A stretch of 61,614 nt of DNA from NCBI GenBank assembly GCA_036522475.1, contig DATDFT010000076.1, positions 1 through 61,614 on the forward strand, in the 5' to 3' direction. The notes under the pieces were generated by a model, which was given only the letters and a program-made list of their open reading frames with translations, had not been told where the DNA came from and searched no databases. This stretch comes from Pyrinomonadaceae bacterium. Its GTDB lineage: Bacteria; Acidobacteriota; Blastocatellia; Pyrinomonadales; Pyrinomonadaceae. Below, piece by piece: positions 53,520 through 61,359 of the stretch (position 1 is the first letter of the stretch; the number at the start of each line of letters is the position of its first letter). Position numbers and translations under genes: made by a program.

Positions 53520-55487
53520 ATGGGCAAGATATCGAGGGATTCATTTAAAGAGACGCATAACGTTCTCGGAGATTTGCGCGGGTTAACTCCCGTTGGGCCG
53601 AGTTCCAAATCGTACGTCAGTCTGCGTTTACAACAAGGCGTCCCTTTTCTCGATGCCGACTTCAACGAAGTAGACGACATCCGCCGCGCCGAGCTGGAAC
53701 TGATGTTGGCGAAGGCAATTGGAAACGGTGTGCCCGCTGGCAGCGATGGATTCAAGATTCTTGAGGCGACGACAACCAACAACTTCGTGATCGAGGCGGG
53801 CTTGTTGTTTCTCGATGGATGGTGGGTTTTCAATCCGGTGCGGATAGATTATTTGAACCAGCCGCATCGCACCGCTAAAGGTTTGGCGCCCCCGTTGCGC
53901 ATCTTGCAAAACATCCCCGCCGCGGACCAGGAAGTTGCTTATCTCGATGCCTGGGAGTTGGTAGTCGACTCGCAGGAAGACACGAACCTCATCAATCCAC
54001 GTATCGGTGTCGAGACGTGCAATCGTATCCAACGCGGTTGGGTAGTTCGGCTGGAGCCGGTTGTTGCCGGTATGAATCCCACAGATCCCACAACGTATCC
54101 AAACACGCAGCCGGGACATCGTTACTATCCGCTCAGCTTGATCAACCGGCCGGCGGGTGGGCAAATCTCAGCCGCCATGATGACTGATCTGCGCCGAACT
54201 TATCTCACCCTGGAAGCGACGACTTTCGCACCGCTCCTCATTGATGATGTCGCGCGCAATCAACGGCTCGATAGTCCGAGACTTGCAGGCGCATTCCGCG
54301 GACACCTCGACGCGATGCGTGATCTGCTGAATCGCAGTCCGGAAATTTTTGTCTTTCCGGCGAAACCTGCCGAAACCTCGCAGTCGACAACCGCGCTCAA
54401 TGATGTGCGTGCCTCAGCAATCTCGTTTGAACAGCAAGCGCGGAATCAATTGCTGCACAAAACAGCGGCGACTGACGCTATGCAGGTTTTCTCTCAAACA
54501 GAGCGCAACCTAAGCACCTTCCTGCAAACGTTGGTAGCTGGAGGTATCGCGGGTCCAGCGACTACAGACTTTATCAATATCTACCACAAGCACCTGGACG
54601 GCACAGTTCCGAACGATCCGCAAAGTCTTCAGTTTGCTCTCAATGCAAACGATCTGCTGGGGGCGGTTATGGCTCAGGAAAGGTTAAATGAGGAACTCGG
54701 ACTTCAGAATAATTCGTTGCCGGAAGGCACGGTGGCGGCGTCGCTGATCAGCATTACTCCTTCGGGACCGCTGGCCGATAAGACAGTTCATCCGCAGTAT
54801 CAGTTGACGATTCGCGTTCAGAGTAACCTCACTTCTTCGCCAGGCTCGGAAAAGATCCGCGCGATCGTCTCAGCCGGACCTGGTTGGACGCTGGTCTTTC
54901 AAGGCACGAGCGAACTCAATCAGAACGAGATCGTCGTGACTGTGCCGAATCAGCAGTCTGTAGACGTTGTTCTGAATATTTCAGCCGACGTGGGAGCCGC
55001 GGACACAACGTTGAATCTCTCAGTGAGGCCGGAACGACGCCAGCAACTGGTTTTCATTCTCACGCCACAGGCGATGAAGCTGGGGTCGGAGCTTCTTCCC
55101 AGCACCGTGCTTGCGACACTCACTTACAACGGCTCGTCCCCGATGTCCGCGCAGGGAGTGGTGAAAGCCGGCCGTGCGGTTATGGCGACTCCTGGTGGCC
55201 GCCCGATTGGCTGGCGCGTCATCAATCTCTCAGCGGCAACCGAAACCTACAAGGTAACGGTTACGCCACTCGCTGCGGCTACGGGCTGGATGGCAGTCAA
55301 TGAGCCGATACTTTCTCCGCTCGCGCCCGGTGCGCCACCTCGCGACTTCAACATCAATTTTGGAATTACCGATCAAGCCGGTGCAGTCAGTCCGCTTACC
55401 TACCGGTTGCAATTAACGCGCGTCACTGGCGGGGCAAACGATCCACTGCCAAACACGAAGGTCGATATCACGTTCGAATTAATCTGA
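53520..55487 (+). CDS. Second protein carrying the same N-terminal module, with a divergent C-terminal region
   Basis: YVSLRLQQGVPFLDADFNEVDD, GNGVPAGSDGFKILEATTTNNFVIEAG and YYPLSLIN are colinear with the first ~180 aa of 52118..53491. Confidence 0.6.
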   Translation: MGKISRDSFKETHNVLGDLRGLTPVGPSSKSYVSLRLQQGVPFLDADFNEVDDIRRAELELMLAKAIGNGVPAGSDGFKILEATTTNNFVIEAGLLFLDGWWVFNPVRIDYLNQPHRTAKGLAPPLRILQNIPAADQEVAYLDAWELVVDSQEDTNLINPRIGVETCNRIQRGWVVRLEPVVAGMNPTDPTTYPNTQPGHRYYPLSLINRPAGGQISAAMMTDLRRTYLTLEATTFAPLLIDDVARNQRLDSPRLAGAFRGHLDAMRDLLNRSPEIFVFPAKPAETSQSTTALNDVRASAISFEQQARNQLLHKTAATDAMQVFSQTERNLSTFLQTLVAGGIAGPATTDFINIYHKHLDGTVPNDPQSLQFALNANDLLGAVMAQERLNEELGLQNNSLPEGTVAASLISITPSGPLADKTVHPQYQLTIRVQSNLTSSPGSEKIRAIVSAGPGWTLVFQGTSELNQNEIVVTVPNQQSVDVVLNISADVGAADTTLNLSVRPERRQQLVFILTPQAMKLGSELLPSTVLATLTYNGSSPMSAQGVVKAGRAVMATPGGRPIGWRVINLSAATETYKVTVTPLAAATGWMAVNEPILSPLAPGAPPRDFNINFGITDQAGAVSPLTYRLQLTRVTGGANDPLPNTKVDITFELI

Positions 55488-55527
55488 CGTGCTCGGAGCG
55501 AATTCCAATCGCTCAAAGGAGGCATAT

Positions 55528-57975
55528 ATGACACGAAGACTCACAATCATGTTGGCTGCAATTGGAGCCATCCTTCCCATGATAATAGTCGTTACGACTT
55601 CTGCCCATAATCCGGGTTGGGATGTCCAGAGCCCTGGTCGCCCGCTTGCGGCGATTACGATCAACGGCGATGACGTCGACTGGCCGGCCATGGGACCAGG
55701 TGGACCATACTCGTTCGCCATGGCCGACTACGGCATGGGCAATCCACTAAGTGCAACCGTCAGGGCGCTGCACAAGAGTGACGGCCTCTACATGGTCGCC
55801 ATCATCACGGATTCAACGGACAATCTGGCGAACGACGCGATTCAGATCCGTTTTGACATCAATCACAACGGCGTTCTTGACGCGCCCGACTGGGGCGTTG
55901 AGATCCGTCGCAACGGTAGTACGTTCTGGGGACCAGCCACCGCCCAGCCTGCAACCTGGGCTGCGGCTCCGGGGGGCACCGGGGCTGCCACCAACGGCGT
56001 TGGTACCTGGAAAGCGGAGCTTCGTCTGCCAACAGCTCCGACGGCTGGTTTCGGTGGGTTTGCGATCAACCTGAATCAGCCCCTGGGACTTCACATCGAA
56101 CTATTCGATGCAGACGCCGATCCGTTGCTCGAACCAAACAGCGCGATCTACACGCAGTGGCCTCAACCCACAGTCATGGAGGGATTGGACACGCTGTTCG
56201 ATCAAACTCCTAACAAGTGGGGACACTACTCATTCGATCCGGCGACGACGTTTGCCAACGTGTCTGTTACGGATGTTCGTCGTGGCGGCGGTGTAGGTCC
56301 TTCAGACTACTACAAGATCAGTCACTCTCAAGTGAATACCTTCCAGGTCACTGTCAGTAATTCCGGATCAACTGCGATTGCCGACGCGACTGGTGTTCGG
56401 CTCAATCTTTATGTCGGCGCTGTTGGTTTGGGAGAACCATTTCACCGGTTGGACCAAACGTCGACCATCGATGGCGACTGCGCGGGAGCCTGGAATCCAA
56501 ATGCGTCGTTACCTCAAGCTGACGTTTGTTCCGGAGCAAGCTCGTTGCCTGACGTCGAGACGATTGCCGACAACGTGCTGGTAACGAATACCGCGAAGTA
56601 CACAGTGAAGAACGGCGTGAACCGTTTGGGCGGCACTTCCATGACGGTTAACGGCGGTACGTCGCCAACGACCGACGTAGATTCGTGGGACACGACTGCC
56701 GGCCAGGATCCCAAGTACACCATGATGACGGTCATGGGCAGCACCTATAACCGCCAACACTCCTGTATGCGCGCCGAAGCGTTGGTCCCCAACGATCCGA
56801 ATCTCTCTGACAACACGCGCCAGGTGAATATGGACTTCGTTTGTGTACCCGGAGGTGGGAGCCAGCAGTTCAGCCTCGGCCTCGGTGCAGGTGCTTTCGC
56901 CAAGTACGATCCAGGAGTCGGCAAAGACATGTTCGTTCACGTTGTGACAAAGAACATGGACCGGCAACTCGGCTGGAATTTCAAACTGTCGGATCCCAAA
57001 GGCCAGATCAAGCAAGTCAAAAACAATCTATTCGTTGCGCAGGTTAAGGGTGCACAGTCGATTGGCGCGGTGCTCAACATAACTGCTCCGCGAGCGGAAG
57101 CTCTCGGCACGACTCTTAAAGAGAACTTAATCGTTCCGGCGAAGGCTGGTGGCCGCCAGTCAAACGCAAGGATTCCTTCCGGCGACGCGCCTGTTTACGT
57201 GAAGGTGAATGGCGGCAGTACGTTGTTGATTGCGAACTTCTCGATGCACGACAGCGGCGATGACACGCAATTCGTCGATGTCGACGGCAAAGGCCGTTTG
57301 CTTCCGCCAAATGGTCCTGGCGGCCTGTCGAACGAGCTGCTACAGAAAGCTCTGAAGGAAGTTGCCGGATTCAAGTTGCTGCTCTCACCGACGTCTCCGC
57401 TTGGATCTTTAGTCGGATCTTTCGATAACTTCAAAACTTCATTTCTGATCGCCGAGGGTGTGCAAGTGAGAGTGCCGGCCGGCGCGACGTTTTTGGCGTT
57501 GGGAATAAATGATGCGATTGGTCTTTACGGCGACAACACCGGCACTGGATTCCGCGTGAAAGTAATGGAACGCGCGCCAGGAGCTATCGTTGAAAATCAA
57601 GCAAACGAGGATGAGGGCTTTAGTTTGATCCCGACTGCGTATGCGCAGTCGCGCACCGAACCTCGTACGCTTGTGCCGCTAGCCGACGCCGTTCCGTCAG
57701 TCTGCCTCAACGGTTACGAGCGAACACCAAACACTCGTTACGTGGCCGGTAACAATCGGCGGCTTTACAGGTACATCGGAAACATGTGCTACACGATTAT
57801 GGACGTGTTTCCTCCCAATCGTTCGGAAAAGCCGGACCAGGGCGACGTGTTTCGGGATGTTGGTCCAAAGCCGGGCGGCTGCGGCGGCGGCGAGAACGGG
57901 ATGATCTTGTTCCCGATGCTCTTTGCGACAGCGGGGATCGGAATCATCGGCAGGTTTGCACGCCGTCGAAGATAA
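55528..57975 (+). CDS. Secreted 815-aa protein with a CBM9/DOMON-like N-domain and a C-terminal Gly/Cys-TM-Arg4 sorting-like tail
   Basis: Start moved to MTRRLTIMLAAIGAILPMIIVVTTSAHN, preceded by AAAGGAGG. The N-domain contains DGLYMVAIITDSTDNLANDAIQIRFDINHNG...WKAELRLP. The C-terminus is PKPGGCGGGENG-MILFPMLFATAGIGIIG-RFARRRR. Confidence 0.7.
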   Translation: MTRRLTIMLAAIGAILPMIIVVTTSAHNPGWDVQSPGRPLAAITINGDDVDWPAMGPGGPYSFAMADYGMGNPLSATVRALHKSDGLYMVAIITDSTDNLANDAIQIRFDINHNGVLDAPDWGVEIRRNGSTFWGPATAQPATWAAAPGGTGAATNGVGTWKAELRLPTAPTAGFGGFAINLNQPLGLHIELFDADADPLLEPNSAIYTQWPQPTVMEGLDTLFDQTPNKWGHYSFDPATTFANVSVTDVRRGGGVGPSDYYKISHSQVNTFQVTVSNSGSTAIADATGVRLNLYVGAVGLGEPFHRLDQTSTIDGDCAGAWNPNASLPQADVCSGASSLPDVETIADNVLVTNTAKYTVKNGVNRLGGTSMTVNGGTSPTTDVDSWDTTAGQDPKYTMMTVMGSTYNRQHSCMRAEALVPNDPNLSDNTRQVNMDFVCVPGGGSQQFSLGLGAGAFAKYDPGVGKDMFVHVVTKNMDRQLGWNFKLSDPKGQIKQVKNNLFVAQVKGAQSIGAVLNITAPRAEALGTTLKENLIVPAKAGGRQSNARIPSGDAPVYVKVNGGSTLLIANFSMHDSGDDTQFVDVDGKGRLLPPNGPGGLSNELLQKALKEVAGFKLLLSPTSPLGSLVGSFDNFKTSFLIAEGVQVRVPAGATFLALGINDAIGLYGDNTGTGFRVKVMERAPGAIVENQANEDEGFSLIPTAYAQSRTEPRTLVPLADAVPSVCLNGYERTPNTRYVAGNNRRLYRYIGNMCYTIMDVFPPNRSEKPDQGDVFRDVGPKPGGCGGGENGMILFPMLFATAGIGIIGRFARRRR

Positions 57976-57977
57976 GC

Positions 57978-58030
57978 GGAGGCACTTTGCGCAAAAGCTC
58001 ACTGTCATTGCACCCCGCGGCTTCGCCGCC
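57978..58030 (+). repeat. Repeat head module, copy 3
   Basis: GGAGGCACTTTGCGCAAAAGCTCACTGTCATTGCACCCCGCGGCTTCGCCGCC. It contains the perfect palindrome TTTGCGCAAA (57986..57995) and the same 15-mer CGCGGCTTCGCCGCC (58016..58030) as 43385..43399. Confidence 0.85.
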
Positions 58031-58089
58031 GGAACTGAATGCTAGAGTCGACGGCGGGACCGAGCCCCGCCTCATCAGGGAGGCACGCT

Positions 58090-58926
58090 GTGGAAACTAG
58101 AATTTCCGAATTCCTCGAGCGGAGTCTGGGCGCCGGCTGGCTGGCGCCCAACTATCCGCTCCTCTTTGCTCTCGCGACCGTGTTGGGACTCTATCTGGCG
58201 GTGAGGCAGGCGAAACGCACGACTCTTGATCCGTATTTGGTATTCAAGGCCGGCGTGATCACGATCGTTGCTGCTTTCGTCTCAGCCCGCCTCTTCGTGG
58301 CTCTGGAAAAATTCGGCTACTACTCGCAGAACCCGATCGAGATCCTTAATTACTGGCAAGACGGACTCGCGAGCTCAGGCGCTTACATCGGTGGTTTGTT
58401 GGCTGTGGTAATTTTTAGTTGGCGCTCGGGGCTGCAACCACTGAAGTTTCTCGACTGCGCTGCGCCGTCAGTCGCGTTGGCAATTTTCTTTGGACGGATT
58501 GCCTGTTTCGTGAATGGCTGCTGTTATGGCAGGCCATCGAACCTTCCGTGGGCGGTAAGTTTTCCTTCAGGCAGCCAGCCTGCCTACGAACAGTTATTAC
58601 ACGGCACGATCAATCCGGGCCAGACATCTCTGCCGCTACACCCCACGCAACTCTACGAAGCGGCGTTTGGGTTCGCGCTGTTTCTCTTCCTACTCAAATT
58701 TCGAAAACAGCAACGAAGCGATGGTGAATCAATCGCGCTACTGTTTCTCATGTATTCAAGTGCGCGCTTCTTCTTTGAAATGTTGAGAGGCGACGATCGC
58801 TGGATGATCGGTGGAATCTCCGTTCCGCAATATCTGAGTGTGCTGGCACTGGCACTGAGCGCGAGTTTTCTGATCGCGATACGACGGCGCAACAACAAAC
58901 AGAAACCCATACCCGTTCCCGCCTGA
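58090..58926 (+). CDS. lgt: Prolipoprotein diacylglyceryl transferase family protein (variant motif)
   Basis: Start moved to the GTG 6 nt after GGGAGG. Lgt-family blocks are NYWQDGLASSGAYIGG, FGRIACFVNGCCYGRPSNLPWAVSF, LHPTQLYEA and SSARFFFEMLRGDD. Confidence 0.75.
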   Translation: METRISEFLERSLGAGWLAPNYPLLFALATVLGLYLAVRQAKRTTLDPYLVFKAGVITIVAAFVSARLFVALEKFGYYSQNPIEILNYWQDGLASSGAYIGGLLAVVIFSWRSGLQPLKFLDCAAPSVALAIFFGRIACFVNGCCYGRPSNLPWAVSFPSGSQPAYEQLLHGTINPGQTSLPLHPTQLYEAAFGFALFLFLLKFRKQQRSDGESIALLFLMYSSARFFFEMLRGDDRWMIGGISVPQYLSVLALALSASFLIAIRRRNNKQKPIPVPA

Positions 58927-58940
58927 GGTGCCCCGAGATC

Positions 58941-60671
58941 ATGTGGCGTCAAACCTCCGGCAAAACGATTCAAGCTAAGACTCAGCATCAGCCAGCCTGT
59001 TGCGCGAGGCCCAACTCGAGAGCGCCGGATCTGACGTACTCATTCCACGAATTGCAACAGCAGTTGGGCAATCGCACCGTCGGGCGTTTGATTCAAAGGA
59101 GTGTCGATCACATCTCGCGAATACCGAGCGCGCCGATCGTGCAAAGGCAAACCGCTGAGGACGACGAGGAGTTCGCGCACGTCTTTGAAGAAGCACCAAC
59201 ACCGGAACCTCAACCCGAAGAGCAGTTGACCCCGCCGAATCCGACGGCGACAGCGCCGCCAACACCCGCGCCGCTACCGACAGCGCCGGGCACCTTCGAT
59301 CCGCTGACAGGCTCTGCGCTTACCGATCGTCAGACTCACGGGTTGAGTACTGACACTGGCCCAATGACTGCTGAGATCGAGAGCAACTTGTTTCCCACCG
59401 GCGGCACGAATCCAGCGTGCACGCCAATTCCTGCTGGTTTCGAGGCGACTGTAGCAAGCTCTCTCAGTTCACATTTGCGAGCCAATTTGCCCACGCTGAC
59501 GCCAACCGCTCAGCCAGATCCGATGGCGCTGGCCAATGAAACGGCAACCGAAGCGATGCCGATAATTGCCAGTCACTATTCACCACACGCTCCGACGGTC
59601 AGCGCTGCTTCGTTCATGACTCACGTCAGCCGCAAGACCATGGCTTTCGGCGATCCCATCCGCAACGATCTCGACAGGTTTGCGAGTTTTGTCTCATGGT
59701 TTGCCGGCACGCGTACGGCAATCCGCACCCTCGTTGAGAATAAGTGCAATCTCGATCGCACGTGGTGGCGCAGTTTTGTCGGCTGGCTTGATGGTCCAGG
59801 AGCGTCATGGAACAGCAACCCACACAACATTCGCGAACGATGTGCGCTCTACAACACCTTCTTTACTTCGACGACGCGCGGCGGCCAGATCACGTTTGGT
59901 CGGGGATTCACACGCGGATTTATTCCGCACACCGTCGTCCACGAAGCGATGCATCTGTTTCAGCATGCGGATCTACGGACACAGATCAATCGCATGCAGC
60001 AAGTGCGCGCTTCGACCGACATCATCATTGAGGGCTTTGCAGAGTATCTCGCCCGCGGCGTTCGGGACCTGGTCGTCACTGCGATCCAGGGACACACTCC
60101 CCCGCCCCTTTCCCCCGCAGACGAAACGAGAGCGCGCGCGGCCGCTGGTTATCCGGAATATTTCAGGAAGGCAGTCGCGCTGCGCGACATTCTTTACAGT
60201 CACGGTCAGGATGGGGAGGAATCAATCCGCCGTGCATTCTTTCTTGGCGAAGGATGGCGCTTTGGATTGTTGGAGAGTTCCACCGGCGGTAGTCCGATCG
60301 AAACCGACCGCGCGGTGCCGGCAGTAGTGGATGTTCTTTTCAATAACAAGAGCGACATCATACTGAATCCGGCGGCGTTGAATGCGATCGTCGCTTATGT
60401 AATGACACGCAGCATTGCGACCGTGGAAATCATCGGGCGTACTGATTCGGTCGGAACTGACGCGGACAACCTGACGCTTGGGCAAAGCCGGGCGGATAGT
60501 GTTCAGGCGTATTTGGTGGCCCAGGGAATTCCTGCCAGTCGTATTACCGCGACCAGTCATGGCAAAGCCGATCAAATACCAGGCGGCAGAGCTGCTAATC
60601 GACGGGCGACAGTCACGGTGATCGATCCACGCAACCAGTTTCCGGGAACACCGGCGGTTGGCAGGCCCTGA
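58941..60671 (+). CDS. HExxH metallopeptidase-like protein with a C-terminal OmpA-like peptidoglycan-binding domain and a GNxxVxRLIQ-type N-terminal leader
   Basis: Leader ELQQQLGNRTVGRLIQRSV...APIVQRQ (59049..59099). HEAMH is at 59940..59954, followed by LFQH. The OmpA_C-like end is VEIIGRTDSVGTDADNLTLGQSRADSVQAYLVAQGIPASRITATSHGKADQIPGGRAANRRATVTVI. Confidence 0.75.
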   Translation: MWRQTSGKTIQAKTQHQPACCARPNSRAPDLTYSFHELQQQLGNRTVGRLIQRSVDHISRIPSAPIVQRQTAEDDEEFAHVFEEAPTPEPQPEEQLTPPNPTATAPPTPAPLPTAPGTFDPLTGSALTDRQTHGLSTDTGPMTAEIESNLFPTGGTNPACTPIPAGFEATVASSLSSHLRANLPTLTPTAQPDPMALANETATEAMPIIASHYSPHAPTVSAASFMTHVSRKTMAFGDPIRNDLDRFASFVSWFAGTRTAIRTLVENKCNLDRTWWRSFVGWLDGPGASWNSNPHNIRERCALYNTFFTSTTRGGQITFGRGFTRGFIPHTVVHEAMHLFQHADLRTQINRMQQVRASTDIIIEGFAEYLARGVRDLVVTAIQGHTPPPLSPADETRARAAAGYPEYFRKAVALRDILYSHGQDGEESIRRAFFLGEGWRFGLLESSTGGSPIETDRAVPAVVDVLFNNKSDIILNPAALNAIVAYVMTRSIATVEIIGRTDSVGTDADNLTLGQSRADSVQAYLVAQGIPASRITATSHGKADQIPGGRAANRRATVTVIDPRNQFPGTPAVGRP

Positions 60672-60677
60672 GAGTGT

Positions 60678-61184
60678 TTAGGATGGTCCATCGATTTCGA
60701 CGCGGCGGTGTAGTAGCAGACGGGCGGGTTGCGTAGCCGAGCTGGAGACGAGAAGACATTCAGTTGCATCGCGAGTGAATTTCGCGATGCCACCGGATTC
60801 ATTTGAAACGTCGGCTTCAAAGTCACGCGCGAGCACGACATGCATTTTCTCGAGCCAGTTGTTCGGTGATGCAGGCGACGGTTGGAGCTCGAAGCCGTTA
60901 ACCCAGGAGTTTTCGTGATGCTCTTGAGCTCGTGTGATCTCGATGAGCAATCGCGAGACGATCGCGTCAACAGTTATCGGGTCGACAAGGTAATGATTGT
61001 ACTCGAGCCCGCCGGACAACTGTCGCCAGTCTTCGTTCGGTGGAATGGCCACGTAACCGTGTTTACCGAGGAGCGTGAGAACGAGTTCCGGAGTTTCAGC
61101 GATTGCATATTCCGACAACGCGACCAGCGATAATTGTGACTGGTCATTCGAAGTTTTTTCGGGAGCGTCCGACATGGTGTTCAT
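60678..61184 (-). CDS. Hypothetical protein (168 aa), convergent with the HExxH-OmpA gene
   Basis: Clean ORF whose stop lies 6 nt from the stop of the convergent gene. No recognisable motif. Confidence 0.5.
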   Translation of the reverse strand: MNTMSDAPEKTSNDQSQLSLVALSEYAIAETPELVLTLLGKHGYVAIPPNEDWRQLSGGLEYNHYLVDPITVDAIVSRLLIEITRAQEHHENSWVNGFELQPSPASPNNWLEKMHVVLARDFEADVSNESGGIAKFTRDATECLLVSSSATQPARLLLHRRVEIDGPS

Positions 61185-61359
61185 GAGATTTTACGTTTAT
61201 TGATACGCCCAGGAAAGCTGCGTGGACCGTAAGAACATGGGCCATCGAGCGATCGTCAAAACCAATCATCCAAACTCGCGGCGTCAGTTGCCGACTGGCG
61301 AATCGAACTACAGGCTTATGCCGACGCCGTTCGTACTGTTTTAGTCGGGAAGTAGAATT

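Noticed and set aside
33982-57975. Interpretation as a prophage/tailocin or as a T6SS
   Set aside because: The window has no capsid, portal, terminase, integrase, holin or endolysin genes, and no TssM/TssL/TssK/ClpV/Hcp-type genes. DUF4255 cap and dedicated AAA+ ATPase genes are present, which point to an eCIS. The window ends at 61.6 kb, so more distant genes cannot be excluded.
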